DNA from: Podarcis vaucheri
Taxonomy: Eukaryota
Assembly: GCA_965113315.1 (NCBI GenBank)
Contig: OZ220374.1
Direction: 5' to 3' (one strand)
Length of the DNA stretch: 64,000 nucleotides
Below are positions 13,724-26,208 of this stretch, piece after piece (positions within the stretch are counted from its first letter, which is position 1; each line of letters begins with the position of its first letter). The notes under the pieces are model-generated. The model saw nothing but the letters and a program-made list of their open reading frames with translations, did no database searches and was not told the origin of the DNA. The position numbers and the translations under genes were made by a program.

Positions 13724-14003
13724 GAACCAGTGTGGTGTAGTGGTTAAGAGCGGTAGTCATGTAATCTGGGAAACCAGGTTCATGTCTCTGCTCCTCCACA
13801 TGCAGCTGCTGGGTGACCTTGGGCCAGTCACACTTCTGTGAAGTCTCTCAGCCCCACTCACCTCACAGAGTGTTTGTTGTGGGGGAGGAAGGGAAAGGAG
13901 AATGTTAGCCGCTTTGAGACTCCTGAAGAGGAGTGAAAGGCGGGTATCAAATCCAAACTCCTCCTCCTCTTCTTCTTCTTCTTCTTCTTCTTCTTCTTCT
14001 TCT
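13724..14003 (+). mobile_element. tRNA-derived SINE with (CTT)n tail (Squam3-like)
   Basis: CCAGTGTGGTGTAGTGGTTAAGAGC A box; body shared with 36063 and 59804; (CTT)n tail. Confidence 0.85.
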
Positions 14004-14244
14004 GCATGCAAAGCAGATGATCTACCGCTGCGTTACGTCCCTTCCCACTCTCTGCAAAGCGCCCTTTGACCTGGGACGGCTGACTCAAAACGAAGTGTAC
14101 TTTGTCCTCTTGATTAGCCTGTCTACTAAGGCCCTCTAAAACAACACACAGTCTGTTGTGAGGATCACTTTGAAGATCATTCAGCTGAAAGGCAGGCTAG
14201 AATTCAAAATAATAAATTAACTGTGCAGTCCTATATGAATATAT

Positions 14245-14435
14245 GTTGTTTAATCGTTTAGTCGTGTCCGACTCTTCATGACCCCATGGACCAGAGCACG
14301 CCAGGCATTCCTATCTTCCACTGTCTCCCACAGTTTGGTCAGGCTCATGTTTGTAGTTTCGAGAACACTGTCCAACCATCTCATCCTCTGTCGTCCCCTT
14401 CTCCTTGTGCCCTCCATCTTTCCCAACATCAGGGT
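14245..14435 (-). mobile_element. 3' fragment of an RTE/BovB LINE
   Basis: The reverse complement encodes TLMLGKMEGTRRRGRQRMRWLDSV...VHGVMKSRTRLND*; 14-bp TSD CTATATGAATATAT at 14231-14244 and 14436-14449. Confidence 0.9.
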
Positions 14436-14452
14436 CTATATGAATATATAGG

Positions 14453-14881
14453 AGACCATATAACACTGGTCTGAAAGACCTACATTGTCTTCCAGTACCT
14501 TTCCAAACACAATTCAAAGTGTTGGTGCTAACCTTTAAAGCCCTAAACGGCCTCGGCCCAGTATACCTGAAGGAGTATCTCCACCCCCATTGTTCAGCTC
14601 AGACACTGAGGTCCAGCTCTGAGGTACTTCTGGCGGTTCCTTCACTGAGAGAAGTGAGGTTACAGGGAACCAGGCAGAGGGCCTTCTTGGTAGTGGCACC
14701 CGCCCTGTGGAAGGCTCTCCCATGAGATATCAAGGACTTTTCTGACTTTTAGAAGACACCTGAAGGCAGCCCTGTTTAGGGAAGTTTTTAATGTTTGATG
14801 TTTTACTGTGTTTTTAATATTCTGTTGGGAGCCACCCAGAGTGACTGGGGAAACCCAACTGGATGGGTGGGGTATAAATTA

Positions 14882-14930
<49 letters not shown>
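14453..14930 (+). mobile_element. L2-clade LINE 3' fragment
   Basis: VLTFKALNGLGPVYLKE...RAFLVVAPALW; (ATT)n tail. Confidence 0.9.
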
Positions 14931-14931
<1 letters not shown>

Positions 14932-16553
14932 CTGCTGGATCAGGCCACTGGCCCATCTAGTCCAACACTTTGTTATCACAGTGGCAAACCAGACAGCTGT
15001 GGGGAATCCTACAAGCAGGATTTGGGCCCTTGAATACTCTCCCCTCCTGTAGTTTCCAATAACTGGTTTCCAACATGTTTGCTTAGACCTAAGTACCATT
15101 GTTTTCAGTGATGCCTACTCCCAGTTGAATGCTGACAGCGTTGCAGGGGGAATAATTCAAATGTCAATGAAAGATGAAATACTTTATCTCATTTGGAATC
15201 AAGTGATGTTTTTGCCCAATCTGAGCATGCTTTATTTATTTCACCTTTGCGGAGAGATTATTTTGAGTGAGAAATAAACATGCTTGCTCTCTAGGGCTTG
15301 TCATTTTTTTCTATGTTTCTCCTTATTACACTGAGAGCAAGCAATGGAGCCATTTCAAAATTACAACTAAAAATAACAGTATACTATAAACTTCAGGCGG
15401 TTTGTAAAGATTAGATTACGATGATGATTCAGACAGTACCAACTACTATTTCAGCAGAGCTGGGGAAACTAGAAAAAAAAACCTAAGTTGCAATCCTAAA
15501 CTGCTTTCCTGGAAGTAAGTCTTGTTGAACTCAATGAGGTTTATTTCTGAATAGGCATCCATAGGATTGCACTGTTAATGCATTTTCTCTCTAGAGTGAA
15601 ATGCTGCCTCGGCATTAGGAGTATCAATGCAAGCTAGTTGTCATGTGCTGATCAGTATTTCAAATGATGCCTGTTGCTTCAAATTAAACCTATAAGTAAG
15701 GAGCAGCTCACCATGAGAGCTGGGTTACTTTCTCTATGCTGCGACAAAGAACATGCAGAACTCCTCCTTGCTATTCTTCTCACACACCTTCTCCAGAGTG
15801 ACCCTTGGAGCCAATCCTCAGTGGCTGAATCACCTCCTTTCACTCTGATTGGCCTCAGTCAGCACAAAAGGTGAGAAGGCTTCCCTGTGGTTGAAACTCT
15901 TCCCTTTCATGTTGATTGGGCAGCTTGAAGATGCTGGAGACAATGACCTTGCTGGGACTCTGCTACAGAAACACTCAAGGGTCTTTCACCTCCCCATGAC
16001 CCTGGATCATTGTACCTCTTATGTTTTGTCATTGCATCCATCCTCCAAAAGCAATAGGGAGGAGGAGGAGCATCCGTGCTTACAATGTACTTTGGAGAGT
16101 CCCCACGTTTTGCTCCTGGCGAGGAGGGTGGAAAGTCCCTGGGAGCATGCAGAATGCTGTGCGCAGTGCCTTGGATTCTGGTTTACTCCTTTCCAGCATG
16201 TGGGGTACAATTGTATAAATGTCTTGAGGTTGGTGGTATCACACCTGCTCATATTTCTCAACTCTTCATCATCTCAGGACTTGAAGAACAAGTGAGATAT
16301 TGCCCAATGCAAGAGGTATATCATCATATGGATATTGGGTCCCTTAGGTGGAAGATAAAGACATTCAACAACAATTGGAACCTTGCATAGTAAATTCCTA
16401 GAAGCAGAGAAATACAGAAGGCAAATTCTCAACTGAAGGGATCTTGAGGCGGCTTAGTCTCAGAGATACGGTAAATTCCTCAGTTTGTCTTGGAATAGTA
16501 CCTTGCCAATCACAAAGTAGTTGCCAGAAATTGTTGATAGAAATAACTATTTA

Positions 16554-16979
16554 CCGTACTTTTCCATCTATAAGACAGGGGTTTTTAATTTAAAAATTAG
16601 CTTCAAAATTAGCCCTCTTCTTATACATAGGTAGTACAGAGGGGAATTGGGCAATTGGTCTCAGCCGTGAGCAGGAGATTCTCAACAGTGATAGTGCAGG
16701 TGATTGGTGGCTGTGAGAAGGGCTGCAGGCAATTGGCTGCTGCTTTGAGGGTGGCCGTTTTGCGGGTGCGTGTCTTCGGCCAAGCATGCAATTGTCAACA
16801 GTGGGTGAGCGATTTTTGGCTCCCCCCCCCCAAAGAAGCTCAACAACTCTGAGAAATCCAAATCCTCCCCCCAAAAAAGCTAAACAACTTTGGGCCATCC
16901 TCCCATTTTCTTAATTTTGAGTCCCCAAAAATAGGGGGCGACTTATGCATGGGGGTGTCCTACAGACAGAAAACTACGG
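16554..16979. mobile_element. Tc1/mariner-type non-autonomous element
   Basis: TA|CCGTACTTTTCCATCTATAAGAC ... GTCCTACAGACAGAAAACTACGG|TA inverted ends. Confidence 0.75.
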
Positions 16980-18075
16980 TAACCCCCCACAAAGTGATCA
17001 TAAATTTGCATTCCCATTTAGCAACTGATATGGGCATGGGGGTCCTGATCCATGCATAGGACACCTCATTTCCTAGGACAGGTTGTTAAGACTTCAACTT
17101 CCATTAGCTCCAGCCAGCATGGTCAATGGTAAATGATGATAGGAACTAGGTGATAGATTGTCTAACAGCATCTGGAAGACCTCAGGTTCCCCATCTGTGC
17201 ACTTGTAAAAACACATCTCTAAGTGCATTCCTTCAATGTATGCAGAGGCTCTATATGTCTGTCACATAAGTTGGTTGTTTGTGCCCGCCATTTTTGTTGG
17301 ATGTCTATTGTAGGAGACCTGCTGAGTGCTGGAAGTTCCTTACCAACTGCATGATAGAGATAAGCATTGAGTTGAATTAATTAGCTGTTTCGTGTACAGT
17401 GCTTGAAAACATTGAAATAACAATGTTTAATTAATGGGGGAAACAGAACATTGTGGGGGAGTCTCAAATGTACTGATTGTTAAATCTAAAGGAAGAATGC
17501 CATTTACTTTTAGACTTTAAGCAATTATGTGAACCATGAACCAATGCTGGAGTTTCTAGGTTGCTGCTTGCTAACATGTTTTAGATAAACACAAATATCA
17601 GGTGTTGAAGTGATCTGGCAAGTTCTTAGCTTTAACACTGTTAGTGTCAGCTGTTGGGGACAATTAAATAAGGAATCACAAATTATAAATGGAAGTAGAA
17701 TAGGGTAAAAAAAAAATGCCTGTTTATTTTGAAGATCAAGAAAGAGTGAATAAAAGACCCAACTAAAGCTTATTCTAAGTCAATTCATGAAATTATTATT
17801 ATTATTTTTAAGGGCTACAGGCTTGGGGCTTTTCTGATGGCAGGGTGGGGAGGTTTGAACTGAAAACAATAAATGAATTTTGTAACCAGAACAGCATTCT
17901 TGTGATATATCACATTATCTCTGAATATGTTCACCTAGATCATAGAATCATAGAATCAGATGGTCTCCTTCTGTTTGATAGGTGTTGATTTTGTGTGTTT
18001 AAATGTAGAATTCCTTTTTAGAACATAGTAGGTGTGGCTGGCTGAGCTAACCATTCTAACCAAATTGTGTTGGTA

Positions 18076-18314
18076 CAGTGGTACCTCAGGTTACATACGC
18101 TTCAGGTTACATACGCTTCAGGTTACAGACTCCGCTAACCCAGAAATAGTGCTTCAGGTTAAGAACTTTGCTTCAGGATGAGAACAGAAATCGTGCTCTG
18201 GCGTGGCGGCAGCAGGAGGCCCCATTAGCTAAAGTGGTGCTTCAGGTTAAGAACAGTTTCAGGTTAAGTACGGACCTCCGGAACAAATTAAGTACTTAAC
18301 CTGAGGTGCCACTG
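18076..18314. mobile_element. TcMar-Tigger-like MITE
   Basis: TA|CAGTGGTACCTCAGGTTA...TAACCTGAGGTGCCACTG|TA. Confidence 0.9.
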
Positions 18315-18483
18315 TATTTCTAAATCATTAATAAAACTGGCTATCCTGGGAGGGTTCCTTTATTGTTCATTGCAAACAAATTTTTGATGAAATTTACAGT
18401 TTTAATTACACTGGCTTTTATTTCCACCTTCCCAGTGGGATGCTTACTGCAAAGATTCTCCAAACTAGAGCTATGCATAGACT

Positions 18484-18485
<2 letters not shown>

Positions 18486-18534
<49 letters not shown>

Positions 18535-19474
18535 TTTATTTATATCCCGCCCTCCCCAGCTGAAGCCGGGCTCAGGGCGGCTAACGACACTAAAATAGTG
18601 CAACATTATAAAAACATCATAAGAATTAATTAAAATCAAAATTGATGGCAACCATAAACTAAAGTATTGTAAAGATTGCCAAAGGAGGGAGTCAGGCTGT
18701 GCCCTAACCAAAGGCCTGGTGGAACAGCTCTGTCTTGCAGGCCCTGCGGAAAGATGTCAAGTCCTGCAGGGCCCTTGTCTCTTGTGACAGAGCATTCCAC
18801 CAGGTTGGAGCCGCAGCCGAAAAAGCCCTGGCTCTAGTTGAGGCCAGCCTAACCTCTCTGTGGCCTGGGACCTTCAAGATGTTTTTATTTGAGGACCGTA
18901 AGTTCCTCTGTGGGGCATACCAGGAGAGGCGGTCCCGTAGATACGAGGGTCCTAGGCCGTATAGGGCTTTGAAGGTTAAAACCAGCACCTTAAACCTGAT
19001 CCTGTACTCCACCGGGAGCCAGTGCAGGTGGTATAGCACCGGATGAATGTGATCCCGCAGCGAAGACCCCGTAAGGAGTCTCGCTGCGACATTCTGCACC
19101 CGCTGGAGTTTCTGGGTCAGTCTCAAGGGCAGCCCCACGTAGAGCGAGTTACAATAATCCAGTCTGGAGGTGACCGTCGCGTGGATCACAGTGGCTAGGT
19201 CAGGGCGAGAGAGGTAAGGGGCCAACTGCTTAGCTTGGTGGAGATGAAAAAATGCCGCCTTTGTTATAGCTGCAATCTGCGCCTCCATGGAGAGGGAGGT
19301 ATCGAAGATTACACCCAAACTCTTAACGGACGGTGCTGGCACTAATTGCACCCCCACAAGAGATGGGAGTTGCCCCCTCAATCCCATATTGTCCCGTCCC
19401 AGCCAGAGGACCTCTGTCTTCGAAGGATTTAACTTCAACCGGCTCCCACGTAACCATCCAGCCACAGCTTCCAA
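18486..19474 (-). mobile_element. 5'-truncated L2-clade LINE (a second subfamily)
   Basis: ORF 18704..19474 contains LKLNPSKTEVL, SRLDYCNSLYVGLP and LHWLPVEYRIRFK; (AAT)n tail. Confidence 0.95.
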
Positions 19475-21965
19475 GCATCCAAGCTGCCTACGTATGCGAC
19501 TTTAGCATTTTATTTTAATACTTCATCCGCTGAAACAGAGGATCCCTTGTAAGTGACAAGACCTCTGTGCAATTGTGTCTCTTGTGTTTGGTATTATGCT
19601 AGATAGAACCCCCATGAAGTAAGGGAAACATGACAAAGTCCCATTGGAATTAACAAGGTCTAAGTTTACAATTAATCACATTTAAAAGCAAGGGGCAGTT
19701 TGTGCCTCATGTGGGTATCGCAAAGCGGAACAGTTAAAATTTGTAAAAGCATTTTTCATATTAAAAGTGCCGTTGGAATATTCTCATGGTTCATTTGTTT
19801 CTGTGTATGGCTGATCTGCTGTCACCTGTGTTGGCTGGTGTCTATTGGTAGGGCAGGAGGCGGGGAGGCCAATGGTAGGTGGAGCCAGAGTGAATAACAG
19901 GCAGAACCAGCACATTATCATTTTGACCCTGTCTTTCTCTCTGCGAACCTCTACAGAATCGACACTAAGATTAAGGAGGACGGAGCCAGCAGTCAAGGCC
20001 AACTTGTGAGATGGAAGAGTGGTTGAAAGCACATTGAGGTTGGTGGGGCAATGTCATATTCCTTCTAACAGAACAAACTCCACTGTCCATAAAGAAGGAA
20101 TATTTCAGAAAATTAAAGAAGTAAATCTCAACTCAATAAACATGGTCCACCATTCTAGGGGAAAGGGGATGGCTTGAACAATATTTTTTAAAAAATGGGT
20201 TGGTGCACAAATTAGATTCCCATTGGGAGAATGAACCAAGACCTTTTCTGAGCAAAATATCTGCAGTGGAAGAATTACCCCCCCCCCTTTTAAGAGGAAC
20301 TACAGAGAAAAAGAGGGTTAAAAAAATGACACCCACTCACAGACTAGCTCAGTTAAGTGCTAAGCATTGTTATTTTCAGAGACGCTAAAAAGAAATCCAT
20401 TTCTCCCTAGAATTGATTATTTGATCTGTCACTTCCTTGACAAAAGTGACAGGAGATTTAAAAACTATTGATTTCTCTCCTTTTTTATCATCTAAGCATA
20501 ATTAGAAAAGAAAAATGTATGGTGAGGAATTTTTCCATATTTGTGTCTAACTAAAAAAAGGCCGAGGGCTTATTTTACTGCTGCATAAATATCTCATTGG
20601 AGATGGACAAGGTGTTTGAAACACGTCCAACAGCTCTGTATTGTCTACACTGGCAGCAGCTGTCTAGGATTTCAGTTGTGTTAAGTATAATTGGTTTAAT
20701 TCACACAGAAATTGTGAATGCTTGTGTATTGCTGAAAGGGCTTTAACATGGGGATTTCCCATGGGCTATATTAAAGCCAAGAGATGGTCTCTGAACTCCT
20801 TGATAATTAACTATTGTTTTCTGCTAGCTAACACATGAGTGTTTAACCTTAGATCATATGAGAGGTACTGAACTGAAATTTCACCATCTCTGAAGGGTTG
20901 TGGCTGGGGTCATTATTCTCTGACTTGATGAGAGTGAGGACATAAATGAAGCTCTCCATGTAAACAGCTTAAGGCAGGAGAGACAGACCTTTGCTTTTGA
21001 GTCTGTTTGGAGTATTTCATATGGAGTGGCATATTATCTTGTGGAACTGTTTGGATGTATCATTCTGTTTTGTTTTGAAGAAAGTTCTGCATGTTAAGTT
21101 TTGAATAATACCTAATGGGTCTGGGCAATGCTTCATTTCCAGAAGGAGTCAGTTTTCATGTATCCAGTCACTTCAAAATGCACAATATTAATATCTGGTT
21201 GTACCTGGAGATGCCAGGGATTGAACCTGGGGGGCTTCCTGCATGCAAAGCTGTAGCTCTACAGTGAGCTATGGTCCTTAGCCAGCCAGCATTTGTCAAA
21301 ATGCTGTTGAAATGCACTGTAGTGTCGTAACAGCTGAGGAGCCAATTGCCTGTCTTAAAGTACACCAACACCACCTTGTTTGTGGTGCTAGTGACTCACT
21401 GAAAGGCTTTTGCTGATTCTCTCTGATCATTAAAATGCAAGAAGAGCACGAAATTACTATAATTTGAGGCTTAAATGTATGACACTGCACTGACTTTTTT
21501 TGCTTGCCTGTATTTGGGGCTAAAAAGGTTAGATTTCTATAAATAGCACACAATCCAATAATCGGTAGAGTTGTCTGTCTCTGGCTCCTGGGAATCTTCG
21601 GCATTTTCTTTTCTTGATACCAAGCTCAGGAGCTTTAGTTAACAACAATTTGGAAGGAAGAAAATAAATCCTGGATTGATTGCCTGCCACTTTGCATTTC
21701 TTTCTTAAATTTGCCAAGCTTTTGCAGCATTGTCTCATGCCAAAGAATAGCCAGTTCTCTTGGAGAGGGTTTTTGGGTTTTGCATTAAATCATGTGTGTG
21801 TGTTTCATTGTGTTCAAATTATCCTTGCAAATGGCCTTTCCACATGCCCAAGAAAGGGCTCCACAGAGTTTTCCTAGCTTAGAGGTTACAGGTTTGATCC
21901 TAAATGTGCTTATGTAGAAACAAATTCCACTGAAATCATTTGACCTCTGATAGTAAGTGGCCCAA

Positions 21966-22319
21966 GGACGCGGGTGGCACTGTGGGTTAAACCACAGAGC
22001 CTAGGACTTGCCAATCAGAAGGTCGGCAGTTCGAATCCCCGCAACAGGGTGAGCTCCCATTGCTCAGTCCCTGTTCCTGCCAACCTAGCAGTTCGAAAGC
22101 ACGTCAAAGTGCAAGTAGATAAATAGGTACCGCTCCAGTGGGAAGGTAAACGGCGTTTCCGTGTGCTGCTCTGGTTCGCCAGAAGCGGCTTAGTCATGCT
22201 GGCCACATAACCCAGAAGCTGTACACCAGCTCCCTCGGCCAATAAAGCGAGATGAGCGCTGCAACCCCAGAGTCAGTCACGACTGGACCTAATGGTCAGG
22301 GGTCCCTTTACCTTTTCCT
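21966..22319 (+). mobile_element. Full-length Sauria SINE
   Basis: GGACGCGGGTGGC head, GTTCGAATCCC B box and ACCTTT tail; 15-bp TSD TAGTAAGTGGCCCAA at 21951-21965 and 22320-22334. Confidence 0.95.
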
Positions 22320-23980
22320 TAGTAAGTGGCCCAAATGCATGGCTGGCAGGTGTTGGCATATGTGACACCAGAATATGTGCCAGCTGACGAATCTTTGCTG
22401 TCTCTTTCATTAAGGTCTTCATGTCTGGGTTGTTCTGAAACCAGTCACCTCTTTGAATCTGAAAAGAGAATTTGGTAGCTCCCTCCCTTCACACATTCGG
22501 TGACTATGGGAGCTTTCCTACTGGAGCTTATAGCAATTTAGGAAGGCTGTGACTTAGTGGTAGCTCTGCATGCAGAACATCTCAGTTTCAATCTACTGGC
22601 AGTGCTGGTAGACCCTTCGATGAAATTCAGGAGAGCTGCTGCCAGCCAGTGTAGGTAACGCTGAGCAGGATGGCCAACGGTCTGACTTGAAATAAGGCAG
22701 CTCCCCGTGTTCAGGGAGGTGGATTCTTGTGAGGTCCACAGCAGAAGAGGACCAGGCAAACCTCCCTTCCTGCAGTAGTCCAGCTGGCCACCCCTCAGTG
22801 CATTAATTATCATTCTTGTTTAAAAAGAAAAAGAAAAGGAACACTGTCATGATTCCAAGTGATATATCTTGCCTCGTTTGGTCCTGATAGTGCTATACTT
22901 GCTGTTTGAAAATAGTGTGAATTGGTTCTTAGCCTCTGGGTGTTGGTCGAAGGCTCTTAGATGTCCTGTGACAGATGGGACATTCTTCTCTTTCTGCCAG
23001 GACATCTCTATCTCTACTACTGTTTTGCCTTTTGGACAGCTATAAATAAGACTTCTAAGACTCGTGTGGCTAGTGAATAAGTCTCAACGATCTTGAAAGC
23101 AGCCATACAATGAAAAGCAATTAGAGATGACTAATGTGTGTGCATCAGAGATGCTATGCTATAAAGGCTTTACTAAATTGTGGTTTTTCTTCTTAGGCGA
23201 GAACCATTGTGCAGTCTGCAATGAAGAACATTTCCCCCCCTAAGGTTAATTGCTGCACTGGGCAGGGGGCATTATTATTTTGAGTACTGGTGAGGCGTTG
23301 AACCTCCTTTTCTTGGTGTGTTGTGGTGCTGGTGAACACACACACACACACTTTGTGTTAAAGAACACAAAAGCAAGCACAGACAAAGCTCCATGCTGAC
23401 CATTTAATGTAATGTGTAGCAGGGCCCTAACCTCACCTTGAAAAGCAAACCCTCAAAACGAACATTAAGCCGAGCAAACAGGATAAATGGGTGCATGTTA
23501 ATATGCTAATAAACGTACAAGTGAGGTCACTGCCAAATGCACTTTTCTTCCATGATAATTAAAGTCTAAGGGCTGCTGTGCCCCTTTCAGACTTTCAAAT
23601 TCCATCTATAAATGCATATAACAGGAGTCATGTCTGCTGTCCGCACTCTGGACCCCAATGTGTTGATCAGCTTTGTGTACATTTTGTACCTGTGAAGACT
23701 CAATTCAAGCAAGGCCCCTGCTTCCCTTTCTTTTCCTTTGCATGTTGATTTCAGCATCTAGGTTTGATGAGGCGTGTGGCCCTCACCTGTTCTGGACCTA
23801 CCCCAGCTGAGGAATCACACACCTCCCAGAGCTAGCCACCCCCACCCCTCACCTGGCTAGCTACAGAGCTGGGCTGTGGGTTCTTGCCTGTCTCAGCCTC
23901 CTAGAGCAGTGTTTCCCAACCACTGTTCCTCCATCCCTGCACCCGGCCTCTCCCCCTCCGTCCCCGGCGCGGGGGCTGCC

Positions 23981-24078
23981 GGGATCTGTAGTCCCCTCGC
24001 CCTTGGGCTCCGCGCCCGCGCTGGGTGCGCGAACTACGTTTCCCAGCGTGGCCTGGCGGGCTGGGTGTTTTGTTTGAA
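23981..24078 (+). promoter_or_regulatory. Promoter motifs inside the transposon cargo: two ZNF143/ACTACA-type motifs, E2F-like TGGCGGG, CHR-like TTTGAA
   Basis: GGGATCTGTAGTCCC at 23981-23995 (reverse complement GGGACTACAGATCCC); ACTACGTTTCCCAGCGTGGCCTGGCG at 24033-24058; TGGCGGG at 24054-24060; TTTGAA at 24073-24078. Confidence 0.6.
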
Positions 24079-24190
24079 GCGCTCTTCTCCCGACCATGGA
24101 ATGAGCGCAGCAGCGGCGGCCGGGCGGGCAGGGGCTCTTCCGCGCAGACCGTGCAGCCTGCCTGCGCCCCCGCGGAGATCGGGCGGCAGG

Positions 24191-24241
24191 ATGGAGCCCG
24201 GGAATCCCCGCGGAGGCGGAGCGGCAGAGGCTGCCCCCCAG
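24191..24241 (+). pseudogene. Putative captured first coding exon (MEPGNPRGGGAAEAAPQ, phase-0 donor CAG|GTAGGG); source gene not recognised
   Basis: ATG in context GCAGGATGG, an in-frame upstream ATG at 24101 (MSAAAAAGRAG...), donor at 24242, and a second donor CAG|GTGAGG at 24436. Confidence 0.4.
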
Positions 24242-24687
24242 GTAGGGCTGCGTCGGGGGTTTTTTATTTTTGCAATGCTGCATCCGCGCCGGAGGGGACG
24301 CATCGGACCGCGGGGAGACCCCTTGGCGGGCGTGCAAGGCAATGCATGCGTGCAGGCGTTGCATGGAGTGCAGTGCAATGCAATGGCAACGCGGCGCCCT
24401 GCATGCAACTTCCACCGGCGCTCCGGACTTGGCAGGTGAGGGGGGTCCTCAGTGGGCGGCAGAGAGAGCCGGGAGGGTGAAGGGGGCGAAGGGGAGCCGG
24501 GGGGAGCAGCGCTGCTCCCCGAGCCGAGCCCGGGGGGAAACTTCGGCGTCGTTGCGCCGGGTGTTGGAAGCGGAGGCTGGCGGGGGCCCCTCACCTGCAA
24601 AACCTGGTCGCCTCTCATATATTTCGTGCATTGCATTCATCGCCCGCTTTCTCCTCCAAGGAGCTCCCGGGGGCGCGCGTGGTTCTC

Positions 24688-24805
24688 CCTGTGTTATCCT
24701 CGCAACAACAGCCCTGCGAGGTGGGTCAGGCGAGTGGCCCAAGGGAGCACCCAGGGATTGTCCTGGCCAGGTGGGGTGATTTGAACCCTGCTCTCTGCCC
24801 GGTCT
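24688..24805 (-). mobile_element. Old degenerate tRNA-derived SINE fragment inside the hAT cargo
   Basis: ATCCTCGCAACAACAGCCCTGCGAGGTGGG...TGGCCCAAGG...CACCCAG...GATTTGAACCC resembles the antisense body and B-box of squamate CORE/tRNA SINEs. Confidence 0.55.
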
Positions 24806-26208
24806 TCGTCCTCATTTAGCCCCCACATGTGCATGACTGTGCATGACTGAGGTTTTCCCCCCTCGTCTTGGCTATGGTGTGAGTCTGTGCTGTTAATTAA
24901 TGGGGTTCTGCCTTCGGAGAAGATGAGCCAGCCCTCGAGGAGGTGATTATGTAATTTGCTAGCAATTCATGTCCCTCCCGGCGTGACGCTGCGCGCTGAC
25001 GTCACGGGGCTGTAATGGTGGTGTGCCTCAAGATTTTTTTCATGAAACAAGTGTGCCTTTGCCCAAAAAAGGTTGGGAAACACTGTCCTAGAGCATCCCT
25101 TCCAGTGCTCCCTATGCCTCAGAGCCTGCCATGTTCATGGAGACAAGGGCCCTCTGGCACTGGTGATGGGTCCTGCTTCTCTGGTTCCTGTGCACTGACT
25201 CCCATCCCCTCGCCATCCTGCATCACCCTGTAAGTACTTCCTACACCAGCCGCTCTGCTCCCATCCCCAGCTTGCAGCTTGCCCCAGTGTGTCCCAGTCC
25301 TGGCTACACCCCTCTTTAGGATCTTCCTTCCCCCATTGTCCTGCCAGTTCATGACAAACAGACCAATCTTTGATCAGTTTGAGTCAATGGAGCAACAACA
25401 GCAACAGCAAATGGCCTTCCCCAACCTGGTGCCTTCCCACCATCGACTCCCACCATCCCTGATGATTGGCCATGCTAGCTGGGTGCACATTTCAAAGGAC
25501 AGCTACATTTCACTTCGTGTATTTTTTCAGGAAATGCAAATTAGTTAGGTTCACATTAAAATGCAAACCAAACTGAATTTCTGCCCCATTGCTACTTCCA
25601 GCTGAGCCTATGCTTGTACAAACTGTGTGCCCCATTTGCACCCTACAACATTTAGGGCACACATTGCATGGAAAGAGACTACATGGATCCAGCTTGTACC
25701 ATGTATGATCTATTCAAAAATCCTAATGAAGGTTAGAGTCAGGGGCAGCAGCTGCAATCTTGCTCTATCCCCCTAAGCCTGATTTCTGTGTCACGTAGGC
25801 CTTATGTTATGGGTAATCGTCCATATTAATGAACAATGCACAATAATATATATCTTTTATACGTATTTGGCTAGTCCTGTACTTTTAAAAAATGTTTTGA
25901 AGAGTATTTGCTGGACATTGTTGTTCTTAAATGTACTTTTATTTTACGGGAACTCTCTGAACAGTACTAGCCTTTCTGATTTGATTTGTGATATCAATAA
26001 GTTTTTAAGCACAGAGAATGACCTTAGTACATTTGAAGAAAGGTTAGTACATGTTGGAGGGTTAGAAAAGCTATTGCACTCTGTTTTCATTTTTTAGGAT
26101 ATCGGCTTACAAATGGTTGTCCAACAAACCTGCCTTTACTGCACATAAGTAGGCTATAAATAGCCCTCCAACTTAGAACGGTTTCAAAAATGCTATTGAT
26201 TTGTATAG

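Larger units (their letters stand above)
23907..25085. mobile_element. Non-autonomous hAT (Charlie-like) DNA transposon carrying a captured CpG-island promoter/exon/intron cargo
   Basis: TIRs CAGTGTTTCCCAACC (23907-23921) and GGTTGGGAAACACTG (25071-25085) are perfect inverted repeats. An identical 8-bp TSD TCCTAGAG lies at 23899-23906 and 25086-25093. hAT-like subterminal GTGTGCC repeats occur near the right end. Confidence 0.9.

Noticed and set aside
19840-20000. CCAAT and GC-box cluster resembling a promoter
   Set aside because: No CpG island or downstream donor; it resembles the interior of a decayed lizard repeat. Unsupported either way.
23861-24819. Overlapping 100-200 aa ORFs, and reading this CpG island as a native gene promoter
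   Set aside because: The ORFs occur in all frames because GC-rich DNA lacks stops, and I recognise no protein. The island is bounded by TIRs and a TSD, so it is transposon cargo.
23620-25360. Older solo LTR apparently hosting the Pack-hAT insertion (ends CATGACA|AACAG)
   Set aside because: The left terminus and TSD match only loosely (AACAG-GAGTCATG); not supportable without a library search.
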